Assembly (NCBI GenBank): GCA_002633005.1 | Contig: NMRA01000600.1 | Location: forward strand, 107,342-171,341 | Origin: Phoronis australis | Taxonomy: Eukaryota; Animalia; Phoronida | Direction of reading: 5' to 3' | DNA length: 64,000 bases | Shown here: in pieces, positions 1-14,280 of the stretch | Numbering within the stretch: position 1 is the first letter of the stretch | Layout: every line of letters starts with the position of its first letter | Position numbers and translations under genes: made by a program | Notes under the pieces: model-generated | Seen by the model: only the letters and a program-made list of their open reading frames with translations | What the model was told of the DNA's origin: nothing | Database searches by the model: none

Positions 1-475
1 AACTGACATGCCAATCTCTACACGGCCTTCTTGCGTTCTCAAGAGCCTGCACTCGACGTGTTTCGTTGTCAACAGCTTATGTTTCTGATGCTTCGCCACA
101 TTCAAGTAAAAATCGTTCCAACTCCCTCGTCGCCGGAAGACTCGTCGCTACAACTGTCGTATTCCATGTTGGTTCCTCAAATAGTCTACATGTAACTCGG
201 AGTACAACGTGCCTGTCTTACTATCTTACTAATGTGTCGCCTTCATCGATTACATAACCGCCCACGCCAGTATTCAATATTTATTCAGCTGATGACAAGT
301 TGGATATAAGATCATTAACTTCTGGGTCTCCCTATTTAACTGGATTGCACGGACAATAAATGCCTTGTGGAATGGGTTCATTCAGTGCTATTTTTGTGTT
401 GAACCCATTTGTTCTGGTGTCAAACTATCTTAACAAGGAAAAACTGTATAACATCACGTTTTTATAGTTTATGTA

Positions 476-479
<4 letters not shown>

Positions 480-537
<58 letters not shown>
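480..537. repeat. (AT)n(CA)n microsatellite
   Basis: Direct reading. Confidence 0.97.
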
Positions 538-3500
538 TGGTATTCCCAAGTGGGAAAAGACGAATTCCTTCCAGTCTGTTTAGATTTCTGCAATCTTAAC
601 TAGAGATTACGCGATTTGACCAGCAAATGACGCGTATGAAAAATGATGTTTTATACTTTTGCCGTAGTCTGAACTTTGTTAATGGTTGATCAGTGCCCGA
701 CCTGCTGCAGTGTGCTCGTATTTTTGAGGTGCTGAAAACAAGGAATTCATTTACGGTATTGTTACCGAACGTTTCTTCTCTAGGCCTACTAAGGAATTTG
801 CATTTTATTGGAGAGTTAACCTGACAGTCGGCCAAAGAAAAGTTTTGTCCATTTTCCGATCCACGGCTGCAAATACTTTAGAAGTGGGAAAGGCGTTGGA
901 ATTAAGATAGAATTATTCTACACTCACTGCGGTGAATGCGTAAGTACAATGTACCAGTAGGTGATTCTTGGTCTGATGGCTTCCGAGGGTTGACTCAGTT
1001 CAAACCAACAAAGTGTATACATGTGAATAAAGAAGCAAGATGTTTTGTCCACTGAATGTTTTGAAGTAGGCTAAAGAAATGTGAAAAGGTGAAAATTGTC
1101 ACTGCCGTACCTGATTTTGTAGCCTATTGATCAAGCAAACGGAACGGCGCAAAATAGTGTTATTCATCCTCAAACGTCGAGTGCTGTAAAATAGTTTCAA
1201 TAAATATGTTGACCTTGACCTCATTCCATTGTTACACAACATTAGATTCCGTACAAAAGTTTAATAAAACCTGTTTTGGCATCCCGCTAGAACATGGTCA
1301 TGGCCTCTCTGACCCGCCGCCATGCGGTTGGTTTGTTGCAGCGCCCGCAGTGATTACGAAGATCAAATTACCACCTCATCACTGTGAATTCATGAATTTG
1401 TACTGACCATATGTTTTACACTGTGAGGACGGTTCAGCAACTTTAGGACCTATACGCTACTACCTCTCTAATAAGGAAGACTTCGCGAAATATTTCCATG
1501 CATTTCAAATGAGAACACGTGACTTAGGCTAGATTTTCCAACCGCCAGACACTTACTGAACTCTACACGGGCTTAGCGAAGCCCTAGTTACCTGATGCAC
1601 CTGTCCATACGTTCAGTCGAGGTGGGCAAGCATGTGTCATGGCGCTAATTGTCACGCAGCGGAGTTATTTTGCACCCCGTGTCAACTCGTTTATTCCTTG
1701 CACGACTTTGGTTACTAAAATTAAATATTCATGGTATTATAAAAGCTGTCGGCTAAACTATTTTTGAAAAGATCTATGCACGGACGAAAACGCACGCCAT
1801 GAAACACACATGCAGTGGCGATAGTCGCCTACGCGACTATAAGCTTTGGTGCATGTGTCTATAACGGGCAGATCGCACGAAAACGCTTGAGCAAAGATAT
1901 CATTGAGAAGCCAACACGACTGAAGTGCATGGGTACAAGAAATTTGACAGTTTCTATCAGCATTCGTTTCCCTTGCCAGAAACGAAATGGCATCCTGTCA
2001 GACCTTCATGCCCTAGAAATTTACGTCCAAACAAAAGCTGCAGGGTATGCGGAAGCACTTTTCTGTCTCTAATATTACGTACCCGTTTACATAACTCCAT
2101 TACATCGCTTCGTTTGCAGCGTCGTCCGCACTAACCCGATGGTTTTAATCATACACACAGCCTGGTCTCCCGGGCTCATGAAGTCAAGTTTACTGTCTTT
2201 GTCTTTCGTTCAAAGACAGTTTCACATACCGTCGCATGTTGATGAAGCATCCACATCTGAGTAAGGTACAGTTGTTTATGACTTAAATATATGAGTTGTG
2301 TGTTTTGTTTCGGGCTGCTATGAAGATAATTTTGAAAGATATTTTTTTCGTCACTTTCCAAACTTTAGGAAATCGATCGATTTAGAAACTGAACATTTTG
2401 GGAACTACACCTCCGTAGCATATGGATTCGTTTTGTTCACAATCAACTTATTTAGCTCATAAAAAGTGCTGTTCACGAAACTTGGTCTGCGTCTTCATAG
2501 CACGAACAGGAATTCTAAAATTTAAATTAAGGAACTTGGCATTCAACTCTTTTTTTAATAAATGAAGATTTAAGTGAATATTCTTAATAATTTCGGTTTA
2601 GGTTAATAGTGGAAGATTTTGACTCAAACAAATCAGAGAAAGTGACCTATTTAGTATGCTCTGTGCATGTATTTCTGCTGGCGGGACAGAAACGACTGCG
2701 GTCATTCTAAACCATATTTGTAACCACGCGTCATGCACATACTGATGTTGCAAACGCGGCGTCCCACTCCCAGTCTCTCAATATTCTCAATAACTTGTTA
2801 CACTCGCGACATCTAGCGAGCAGACGAGGTATGACATGTGACGTATTTCAATTGATTTAAAATATATCTCAAACTCGTTCTTCCTGGCGTCGTACGCGAT
2901 TTTTACTCCTTGAAACGAAAACCTGTCAGCGTAAAGTCTCGAACAATATTTGAAACGTCAATTAATGCTCTGAAACTTGTATGCAAATGAAGTAGGGGAG
3001 ATTCAACAATATGGAAATGATGAATTTTAATTAAACTTTGAGTTACTATCGCATGTTTGAGACACTCATTTCAGTTCAGTTTTATCATCCGGGTAATATA
3101 ATCCTGTCGGCGCCGGCTCACACCACATCACGAGTGTAAAAAGTTACTAAGAGACTGTGTCTCGGTGCCGACTGGGGGCCAGTTCGTTTCGTTATGTCAC
3201 CCGCCAAGCTAACGAGATCAAGGGTAGTATCAAATTCCAAACTAGAACAAATCAAATTAGCCACTGACTGCCGGGGAGTTATAAGGAGCAAATTACTGTC
3301 ACAAATTAATAATATCCTACAATAAATGTTAAATCTAAAATCAAGCAGCACTAAAAACAGCAATATTCCGAAAAATGAGTTGTCAAGAATTCGAATATAA
3401 CACGTGAATATACGCGCCTTCCGACATGACGCCAAATTGTAGGCTGCTGTAGCGTTTGCGCCCAGTCGACATAACTGTATCCTTTGAGAAGTGTTATTGA

Positions 3501-3737
3501 GATAATGAACAGACCAACATCACAACATCGTTCATCAGTTGGAATCTAATCACATCCAACAACTGTGTTGCTAACCCTGAGCCTGACAATTCTGGTAAGT
3601 TACCACTTATAGCTAATTTGACAAATAAAAATCTAATCGAAAGTAAATCGAATCGAATTCCTACAAACATATGAACCGTTTCACTTCTAACAAAATCCCA
3701 CATTTCGGTTAAGTACAATTTACTGTATGTATTAAAG

Positions 3738-3876
3738 TTTCTTAATCTGGCTTAGATGACGTCATTTGTAAGTATTCATCTTTTTAACGTGGCTTAGATC
3801 ACGTCATATGTATGTTTTCATCTTTCTTAACGTGGCTTAGATAACGTCACATGTATGTTTTCATCTTTCTTAACGT
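3738..3876. repeat. ~43-bp minisatellite, about 3 copies
   Basis: Unit tttcttaacgtggcttagatNacgtcaNatgtatgttttcatc. A relic is present at 63567-63645. Confidence 0.85.
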
Positions 3877-5039
3877 TATCTCAAACCTTATTTATTGGCT
3901 TCAATTGTATCTCGTATATCAAAAAACTAGACCTTGTCATCTAGTAAAATTATATACTTTCTGAAAACAAAACAGATCAGGGAGTTTAAAAGTATATTTT
4001 CATTCGCGCACCACACCTTTTTTGAGTCAAAAAATAGTTTTTAAGAAATGTACATTCATAGCAAAATAACCCCTCTGTCGATTTTAATAAAACCATTTTG
4101 AAATGAACTTCATCAGTTACCTTAAAACACTACTAGGAATTTTGGATCGTTTGGTTTCTGTAACAAATCAACTCGCAATACGTAACGTATTTCTGTAAAA
4201 AATAGCAGTCGTATTCGTCTTTGTTACTTTCGTCTTTGTTCCATTACTAAAGAACTACCTCTTCATATCGAAAATCCTAACAAGATTTTTGAGATTGATG
4301 AATAAAGTTTGGAAAGTTTCAACGAAATCCACTGATCCATATTTGAGAAACTGTGTACCTAAGTTCAAATTTTGTCGATTTACCGAAGTTCAGATAAAGC
4401 CGATTAAATCGTGAGCCGTGAAAGTCTCAAGGTTCTCTGTTAATTATTCGGTGAAAACTTGTTTTTGGTTAATACCTTTACACCCCTTAGCAACGTTCAT
4501 TATTTCAACATTCATGCCCAATGTCTTCTGAAATTGCAGAGCGAAATTAACTTAATTACCACAAAAACGTTTAATTTGAACCAAGTCGATATCGAATTCA
4601 ATAATTAGGTCACGGGCGGAACCAACAAACATGTACATGTATTAAGTGGGTCAAGCTGGTGCATTGTGGTCCACTTTAAAGCAGGTCAACACTTCATTGT
4701 TAGATACACAACGCGCTGGGAGACTGATATGAAACCCAAGTACGAAATGGATATAGAAATCAGGTCGGTGGTTTAAGAGACATAGGACGCGAAAGCTCGT
4801 CAAAAATATCATTTAAACAATTCTTAACGAAAGAACCGTCTCGCAACATCCAGTACAGACTAAATCATTTTCTCCTGCGAGGAAATTGTCAGAAAGAATC
4901 GCAAAATTCACGATTTTTGAAATAAGCGCGAAGGAAAAACCCTGTGGTTACCACATAGTTTCTAATCCCTCTCCAACTTATGACAGATGTGTGCATGCGT
5001 TCACAGTTAATTGCTTGAAATCGTTTGAGTTCAAAGGTT

Positions 5040-5318
5040 CCATTTTCCACATCAGGGAAATGTGCTACGTCTTGCCATACTAAATAAGGAGACGTGCTTT
5101 GCCTTGTGGGAAAAAATCAACGACGTGGCGTGCAGTTGACACATCATTTTTTGAAGTTTGATACTAAAACAAAATGCTTTGATATGAACAAAAATTAAAA
5201 ATCTTTACAACCAAACCCTAAAATAATGAGCAGGTTGAATTCTGTTTCAGTTTCAGAGAACCACTCTCAAAGTTACGGTTTCAATGGGGTCTCTTTTTCG
5301 CGTTCCAGGCCCCTTTAA
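5040..5318 (+). mobile_element. Terminus of a non-autonomous DNA transposon ending CCCCT|TTAA (Kolobok-like); inverted family member at 39881-40160
   Basis: Reverse-complement similarity between the two loci (ggttgaattctgtttcagt; atgtgctac...aaataagga). Confidence 0.55.
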
Positions 5319-6649
5319 AGCAAGTCATGAGCATGAGATCGAAACAGCTAAATGCCAAATTACCCGAATTAAAAGGAATTTTGGTGAGGATTTATCTCTT
5401 TTCACAAGTTGCTGGATTCGTGAACACTAAGTCACAGAGGCGTGATGCGACTCGTAGCATTCGTTCTCAACAGTCGTACATGTATGCAGACACGCAACTC
5501 TCTTAGGATCAAAGCTACGTTTTGCCTCCGTTTTCACCGGCATCTTTCTTTCATATGTTCACGTCGTTGACATAAAATTATGGCGACTCGGTGAATGAAA
5601 GGATTGAGGGTATTCAGTGGCGGATCCACGTTTTCAGTAAGGAGGGGGGTTTAGGATTTCCGCAAAGGTCGAATCCTAGGCGCGTGGCGCCGAGCGGGGG
5701 GAGGTTCCCCCTCCCGTGTAAGACATTATTTGTTTTTGTAGCCAAATAGTGAAACTTTCATGCATCCTGGTAAATTTTTGGCACTTGACATGTCTCTGGA
5801 GTTTTCTTAAGATAATTAAAATCTCTTCTTGATTTCGTCACATGAACTTGGCTCAAAATTTTCGTGAAACCATATAGTGCACATAGGGGTATGAGTCACG
5901 ACACCAGCAAAATTTTTTGTTGGAACATCTGCTTACACACACCTTTTAACATACGAAAAGTAATATACGAAAAAAGTGTGGTGTGTATACAGGGGTTTAG
6001 ACAACTTCCAAATATTCAAGAGCATAAGGAGCACCGACGGGGCGTAAAAACTTGAATATCAGATGATTGCGTAAAAGCAGCCTCAAGTTGTTTAGGAGCG
6101 AAGACATGTACTGTTAGTCCAGAAATAAACATGTGTTCTGTCTCGTTTCGAGAGAAACTGGTGAACGATGGTGCTCTCAACTTAATTATAGTCTAACATT
6201 ATTAAAAATGACAATAAATAATTAAGTACCACTTTATTAAGCTGTAACACGCTGACAACAATTGAAAAACGTAAAATGTTTCAGGAAACAAATCATCTGA
6301 AAACAGTTTCACGAAACCAAAACATCCTGTGCACAGTGGTGAAAAGAAATACTGGACTAGTTTGCAGAGGGACCAGATGTACACTGAGAGTACACAAAAA
6401 GGCTGACCTGGTCCGTCACGAGACCAAGAATACACCTGAGCTTATTATCCCAATAAAAATAGTCGATCTGTCGCGGGACCAAACAATACTGGCTGAGATA
6501 AATAGTTTTACAAAGCACACCTTGGTAAAAAAAATCACAAGACTAGTTCGCCGAGGGACCAGAAGTAGTACACTAAAACTCGACGTCTACACAAGTCAAG
6601 CTGGCCTGGTCCGTCGCGGGACGTACATGTAAAGTGTACTATGCAAAAA

Positions 6650-6975
6650 ATTTTGAATTGAAAACTTCTCTCTAGACACTTTTTAATCCCCAGTGGTTAC
6701 TTATGCGTTAGACAAGTCCTATCCTTCTGTTGTCTAGACTGCCGAGGAATTTGAATATCGGATCCAGTGGTTTGCTCGTCTTGGAACCATTTTAACCAGA
6801 TATCTTCGATGTTTGTTCCCAACGCTTGCACTTCGTCAACTGCTGTGTCAATGAGCTTGTAAGCCTCTACAATGTCAGCATCGCGTTTCGCAGCTCAGTT
6901 GGCACTAAGACCCTTGGGGTTATCAAGTCCATTCAAAAGACTTACATGCGCAACTAAATTTGATCCGTTCATCAT
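6650..6975 (-). pseudogene. hAT transposase fragment (THAP12/PRKRIR/ZMYM1-like C-terminal part)
   Basis: Minus-strand translation KGLSA[n*a]AKRDADIVEAYKLIDTAVDEVQALGTNIEDIWLKWF...IQIPRQSRQQKDR fits the hAT pattern LSxxLQ...DI..A...PR...RQ..R. Contains stops. Confidence 0.7.
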
Positions 6976-8010
6976 GGACTACTTCAAACCTTGACGATGT
7001 ATCACAGGACCTATTTGCATCTCGTGCAATTTTCGAAATAAACGTCCCAATGTCTGAACGCTTGAAACCCGAAGTACTAACATCAAATAAATGCCCATAG
7101 GCATGAGCGTTTCATAGGGTGGGCCTTTCTGCGGTAATTCCCAGTATAGAAGACGGCAGTGTGCTTATAGTTGCAGGTAAAAAGACGGTTGGTGCTGAAG
7201 TCGGAACTAGGGCTCCTTAGGAGGCCTATTGAACATTGCACGAGTCCTGCAAGACTTTGTTGTGGAAGAACAGCCTCCTCACAATTTCTGGTACTGTACG
7301 CTGTCGCAAATGCGGTCCACTTTGTCAATGTGAGTGCCCCCTTGGTCATTCCTTGTATGGACATAACTTGATAGCGTTTATCTTCAAACGGACTCGCGAC
7401 CAGATCACGGCGCCCGCCACAATAGCAATTCTTCGGAAAAAGATTTGTTTTCAAATATATTACATGTACATGTACACTGTATGATATTGCGCAAGGCAAC
7501 TTTACTATACATCAGTTACAAACGCGTGGAGTGTAATAGAATGGCACGGCATGACAGATGAGGTAAAAACGTTGCACGTCAAATCGCTTGAATATCAGGG
7601 TTGCGGCACCACAGTATTTCCCCTAATCAAATCAAAACATATCTTAGAGTAAAGAAGCTAGGTACCTAAAGAAATCGGCTATAGAACTGCTCTTTCAGCG
7701 GTGAATCCATCTAAAATGCTTGGCTACTTCAGCAGTGTCGACGGAAGTGCGCGCACAATTGATCTCCGCGCGTTTTGCCGATGAGCCACGAAGACTCCGC
7801 AATTCACAATGCAAAAATAATATTTTAAGAGTGAAGCACCCCCCTCAATTTTTTCCAAGTTGGTTTACTTGGGGTTTACACACGCTAGCGGTGACGTTTT
7901 TGTTTTGCTGGAGACGCTCTTGTTTTTTATTTTTGGTCCTGGCCCAAGGGGTGTGGTTTAAACCCCCTGAACCCCCCCCCCGTAGATCGCCATTGTACGG
8001 AGCTGCTCTG

Positions 8011-8783
8011 GCATAATGGTGAATGTGGCCAAAACCCTTTTGTCTACCTAACATCACACGCATGCTAGCGCCCCCCAATGGAGGTTAGGAGACTTCGCAC
8101 TGGTAACCTGCCCTTGTAGAGCCGTTAGTTTGTTTGACGCAACTGATAACTAGACTCAGGGTGATGACAACATTTTGTATCAAACAAAGATACTCTATAC
8201 CGATATATTTGTTTGTATGCCAGACCACGGACAGTGCTGTTCTTGAATGGAACCATTTACGGATATTTAGGCAAACCTTTGGCAAAAGTGAGTCGACTTC
8301 TGAACAAAAACATATTGTGGCCGGTCGACATAACTTTCAAAATTTTAATGAAAAACAAAATAACCGAATGCTTTTCCACATTCCACTCACAGACAGCAGA
8401 TGTCTTATCACTGCCGTAAATCACGAGAAGCTGAATCGTAAACACAAGCTCTGCATACTTGAGTAACGTGGACATTCGCAGTACCCGCAGACACAGGACC
8501 CAGTTCAGACACTCAACTGAGCAAACGTATTTATCATGCCGCAACCTCAGACTTACAATGTTACACATCACAAACACATTCTTAATTCTCAGATTTTGAG
8601 GATTGACGAAAGTCACGATACATAGAAGTATCCAAATCTGTATGTGACTCGTCTGATGCTACCTGTACTTGTACTTGGTCCGCGGTACTGAGTGATAGGC
8701 TAAATTAGTGGTTAACTCGGGTTACGAGTTCTCATGGCCTCCACTGGGGACAAAAGGGTTTTTGTCAACATTCACCATTCTGC
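8011..8783. mobile_element. Non-autonomous Mutator-like element (MULE)
   Basis: ~38-bp imperfect TIRs (GCATAATGGTGAATGTGGCCAAAACCCTTTTGTC / GACAAAAGGGTTTTTGTCAACATTCACCATTCTGC). Perfect 9-bp TSD GCTGCTCTG at 8002-8010 and 8784-8792. Confidence 0.85.
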
Positions 8784-11700
8784 GCTGCTCTGTGCCTAGC
8801 CGGCGGGATATTCGACTTGAGTGACAGCCTCGTGACTTGTGATGACCCCGGATAAGTTGTAAACAAATTCCCGCGCATTTGTGAAGTTCCAAGGTGGTTC
8901 TGCTAAATCTTGTTAGCTCGATACACAGTGTATAGGTATTCGAAGTACACCGTTAGTGAAAATAGGGTATTTTGCTAGACATATGTGAAAATTGTAAAAA
9001 TTACCTTTATTGTGAATAAGGTTCGAGATATCCTTAACTCATTCGACCCTGAGCACCAACATGGCATCAACAGCTTAATGGCCTGGCTGAGCTGTGGAAT
9101 GTCTACCCCCTTGAAGTCGGAGGGTATTTCACTCAGAACTAGGTCAGAAGCACTGCACAAACCTCGTCACTCAGTCATTAGTAAACATATACTTACCAAA
9201 TTTTCAGCAACACATCTTGAGTAAATGAGCTTCATGTTAATATACAATTTATCTTAAGTTCAATATTGCGAAAGAGTTAAAACAAACAGTTTCACTTTTT
9301 GTTTTCTAGAAACAAAGACATTTCATTTACAAATAATCCATTTAAATTTCCAGAAAACATGTCAAGAAAGTTTTCTATGTGGCATATCCCCATCATAATC
9401 TAGATCACTGTATCTAAATCTTACCACTGTGTGCCATCAGTATCCACACTTTCATATCCATAATCACTGAAGTCTATATCTAAATGTGACCAATGTCATC
9501 AGTATCCACACTATCCTCCATAACAAAAACTTCAAGAACTCTGAGAGGCCAGCAGAGTGAGTATGTGCAAAGTGCTAGTCACAGAGTAGTAATGGAACAT
9601 TTTGTTGTTGTTTCTGGTGATGATTAAGTGGTGACAGCAGTGTTATGTAAAAACCAATTAGGCTCCAATTCAGGGCAGCTAGCTCCATTCTAGTCTTCAA
9701 ATCAAACAAATATGCTATATTTCATGGAGAAATATCTCTATAACCTTTCAAAAGTTACTAAAACAGCCACTACAAAATTAACATGCTTCCTGGTTTTTCC
9801 TTGAATTGATAATTTTCTTGTGAAGAAATGGTTCTAAACTCCAGAAAAACAACCAATAGGCATTAACTTCACAAACAACAAGTTGATACAGAGTCAGGTG
9901 TCTCAATCGTCATTGGACAGAAAACTGGGAATACCCAAGATATACATGTATTTAATAAACCAATAAGTTGCTGCCTTCGATCCCTCCTGAAGGCGTGATC
10001 CGCCTGTGAGATACATTGTTTAGATAACGCCTGATACGCCGTAAAGTGTAACAATTTCGTAAAATGTAACAATTGTTACATTTTACGTTGCTAGGCCTCT
10101 CCTAAAATGTAACAAGTTTCTACATTTTATGAAATTGTTACAATTTACGTCGAATGCACATGCGAGAAATGTACCATTGTTACATTTTACGAAAGCGACG
10201 TCATAGTTCATGAGCTTGCATGGCATTTGTCACACGGGGAAAACCGTTGACACACTTAAAGCCTTCTTTCTCGGATTGCGTGAATGAAATTCTAACAAAT
10301 ACATGTATGCCAGGTTGACTTTAAAGATGTATCCCTATGAACTTTTCATGTTTTTTAACGTGAGTTGTTTCATGGTATAGTAAAAATGTACAGCGTACAT
10401 TTTCAACTCCACACGAAATGAGTTCCCAGGATCAGGTAACAAGTTTTCTACCGTTAAGCCGTTCTTGCAAGCTTTTGTTGACGCTCATAAACCAATTGTG
10501 TATCCGACATTACAGTAAACACACTGCCCTTGGTAAAAACAACAATGACATCGTATTTGGCTAATATTTATCGTATTTCTTCGGGAACGAACGACAATAA
10601 TTTCTTTCATAGAGAATTCAATTTCGGAAGCCAATTTGATAGAAAAAAACAGTTTTAGTCCACGATAGTTTGGTTTATTTCGGCCAGTGTTTTATTGCCT
10701 GGGAGTCATCGCTAATGCAGCAATTGCCCTGATTCACACAAAAAAGGAGCAAAACCAAAGTTCCTGATGCCGGAGGGTGCTGTCTACCACCTTAGTTACG
10801 AATAACAATTTCTTTAAGACATTGTGGTGGAAGGAAATAAAAGCACGCAGATTTTGTGAAAGCAACAGCAAAATATCGCCTTTGAGAAGGGCGAGCCATT
10901 AGCTTAAAAAAGTGGCGGCATAGTAACAAAAGAAATATCACAGTTCCTATGACGTCAAGCTTGTCTGAAATACTAGTGGTAAAAATAGGTCAAACCGTGA
11001 AGTGTATATGTAAAATGGGATGTCTAGCTGGGGAAATAGAAAATATTTTGCACTCTGAAGGGACATGATTCAAACCTAGTCTAGGTCGATAGTGTAAAGG
11101 GCAATAGTCCAAAAAAGCTAACTGTCGGCTCTTGGGACTAAAACATACACTTTCTCTTTCCATTATTTTTTAATATAAAATATGAAATAAAATTGCTATT
11201 TGGTCAATGGTCGTTAGTTCGAAGTACGTATAAATAAGGACAAAGAATGGAATTCTATTATTAATTGACGTGAAGTCACGTGTATCATGTGGCGCCACTT
11301 TTTGTGTTGCAGATCGCAGATAAGGGAATTTGGTATATTAATCCTTTTGATGCTTAGCATTAATTGCTCGTATTAAACATGGCTGACTGCGACGTTGGTG
11401 GTTTTTGTTCCATGCAATCCATTTTCAATGAAACCTGGTTCAAATCATTCTGTTAAATCACTGTGCTTTTCTAAGAATATTGGGACCCATTCCACATACA
11501 ATTGTTGCGTGTTTTGTATGTCCTTACCAGCTATTCTAATGACCCGGTGACCGCAGCCGACTACCCGTTAGTTCTCGAAAAATGTCTACCTCCAGAGATC
11601 AACTTAACCCAATTTTTGAACTTACACATCATCGAGAAACGATCCCCAGTTCTTTAACAAGGAATGTCTTCAACAAGTCAGAGAAAATATTGCGCTCTGA

Positions 11701-12059
11701 ATGCAGTTCTTCGTGGCAAACTAAAGATGGATATAGTTATATTTACAAATAATACAGTGCTTGCCGATAGTTCAGAAATAATCAATTTTTGAAGTTGGCG
11801 CACGCCTAAACAAGATTTCAATTCTCAGCCTCCCTGTTTTAAAAAAATAGGCCTAGTCTGCATCCACAGCTGTCAAGTCACTCCTCCCAATATCGTTAAA
11901 GCTGAACATAGGAGCCCCTTTAAAATCCTTTTGGAACAGCACTCGCCGTCCACTATGGAAAGCCCGGTGAAAACATTGAACCATAAATGAGATGATTTTA
12001 AAATCTTTGAGGAGCACGATGCATTAGCACTTTGCTAATCCTGTATTGTGTTCTCAATA

Positions 12060-12200
12060 AATAAATTTAAAAATATTAATAATATTAATAATAACGATAA
12101 CGAAAACGATAACGAGTAATACAAGTGATAGTAGTAATAGTATTAATAGTAGGAACAGTAGTGATAGTAAGGTAATACTAATAAAATGATAATAGTTAGC
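12060..12200. repeat. Degenerate (AAT)/(AGT)n low-complexity tract
   Basis: Direct reading. Confidence 0.8.
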
Positions 12201-12540
12201 CAAATTCATGTCGTGTCAGCTCGTGTCATTCCTATAGAAGATGTATAACAGAGGAGGCCTCGCTTTTGAGGCCTGAAATTCAATTTTTTGCCTATGTCAT
12301 TTTAATAAGAATAAGTCATTTTAAATAATAAGCTGTTGTATACGAAAAATGCAGGCCAAAAGGGTGTGTTTTCACAGAAAAATACTCTCCAAAATGGCGC
12401 CATTTTCGACAAAACTATATCTAAAAGGTGGCTTTCCCGAATTTCTGGAACAGAAGTTTGCGAATACACAAACCAGTCTCTAAAAATGGGTCACTTTTTT
12501 GTTCGATCCCACTCTCTAAACGGGTAGGTACATGTACATG

Positions 12541-12817
12541 TAGGTGCGTCGCAAGCTCTGTTTCCAGAGATACAAAAGAGACGGTGTATAGGCGAATATA
12601 AGGTCATTTATTATGACTGATAAGGTAAAGAAATATGAGTGTACAAATAACATAAAAATAAAATAATAATCTCTGGAAAAATGAAGAGAGATTAGCTCGA
12701 ACCTAAGTGCTGCAAAGCGAAGTACAGATGGCACGAAATATAACTTTCTTGAGAACAAAGGAGCCTTATGACACGTGACAATCATCAGCCTATGGGAGCC
12801 AGGAGCTGACCGAACTC
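12541..12817 (+). repeat. 277-bp identical copy of ~15866-16142 (likely uncollapsed allele)
   Basis: taggtgcgtcgcaagc...gaccgaactc is repeated. It is followed by N at 12818 and a restart of the 12512 sequence. Confidence 0.9.
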
Positions 12818-13067
12818 NCTCTCTAAACGGGTAGGTACATGTAGGTATTCAAGTTTTACGGGCGGCACTCCTCGTCCAAAAATGCTGCAGTACCCCCGGC
12901 CGTGTCAGATACCACTTTTTCGTGATTTTCGTCATTTTCTTTGCAATATGACGTGGGTTTCGTAAAATGTAACAATAGTACAATTTCTCCCATGTGCGTT
13001 CAACGTGAAATGTGACAACTACGTAAAATGTAACAACTTGTTACATTTTAGGAGAGGCTTAGCAACG

Positions 13068-14280
13068 CAGACCTGTGCACCATACGCAAAAATGCGGATT
13101 CGTACGGAAATCAAGCCTCCAGTACGCAGGTACGCACGGCCAGGCAAAAATACGCAAATTCAGCAAATTCAAAAGAGATTATTAATTCGCTTGCTTCTCG
13201 CAGATTTGTAGTCTAAACAGACGAGGGAGGAAGGAGTTTTTAAGTTAGAAATGAAAAAAAGCATATTGAAAAATCATTATTTTGTTCAAAATTTGAGCTA
13301 CAAACTCTTAAAACTTCCTTCGTTTCATTCTCGAAATACATGTAGTCTGATAATCGGCAAATCGCGAGGCATCTTCTATCGGTATGTGTTTCACAGACCT
13401 AACCTAAAAAGCAACGACTTCTGTAAGTTGTGCATTGCTTACTTCGTCTAATTCCGGGTAAATACGTACTGTTGACAAAATGGTAAAGCACGTGTGGTCG
13501 CATATTCCGAGCTGTCAAGAAAGTAGCTTCTGAAAGAAGGGAACATCTGTTTTTGCGAGGTTATTCCAAAGAATGACAATGCCTTATCCAAGGGACATGG
13601 TGACTGCACGGACTTAGTCATAGCGTGTTGAGCTGACGATAATACTCGAGCCACAGTCGAGCCTCGAGGTCTCAAGGAGTCAAGCCTCGTCTCAAGGTCT
13701 TTTCTCATGCAGTATGGTGGTACGTGACCACAGACACTTGCGATGAATAATTATTCAAAACTTTTGTGAATGGTTAAGAAAATATCGATGCAAAACATTG
13801 TCCAGTGCAGATTCGTCAACACGTTTTTGCAGATATGTTGTTGTGTTATGAAATGACGTGTATATTAGGCATACAATGTATATTAACTTAACTGTGTTCA
13901 GTAAGGACATTTGATTAACAGGACCTTTTCACTATGCGCGTTGTCCTTCAACTCAACAACTTAAGTTATTCTGAAAATTGGTGATCAATTCACTACGTGT
14001 GTTTGAGAGGCAAGCAAGTAGGAAAAGTACCTATACGCGTACCCAGGGGGTTGAATGAATCCCAAAACCGAAAGTCCAAGGAAACAAGACAAAAGTACTC
14101 TAAAGAGGCAAGAATTCGGCGCGAAAGGTCTGAACGCTAAGCAAAGCCCCCTCCTTTTTTTAGTCGGTCAGATGATGAAAGTAAATTTGGTCTGTACGTG
14201 GGAATCTGCGAATTTACTGGAAAATCTGCAAATTTGGCGTTCGGAGTACTCCAATGCAGTTTGGGTGGTACACAGGTCTG
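13068..14280. mobile_element. Nested non-autonomous hAT-like element with 6-bp TSD
   Basis: 15-bp TIR CAGACCTGTG(C/T)ACCA. TSD GCAACG at 13062-13067 and 14281-14286. Confidence 0.85.

Larger units (their letters stand above)
1..3880 (+). repeat. Old segmental duplication, copy 1 (homologous to ~59382-63645)
   Basis: Colinear diverged blocks: 1-900 vs 59382-60390, 1585-2830 vs 61950-63125, 3370-3880 vs 63190-63645. Confidence 0.9.

Noticed and set aside
409-603. ORF with a poly-IY tract
   Set aside because: Translation of the (AT)n microsatellite.
6350-6625. CRISPR array
   Set aside because: Repeats are too divergent and irregularly spaced, there are no cas genes and the context is eukaryotic. 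Kept only as an unexplained repeat pattern.
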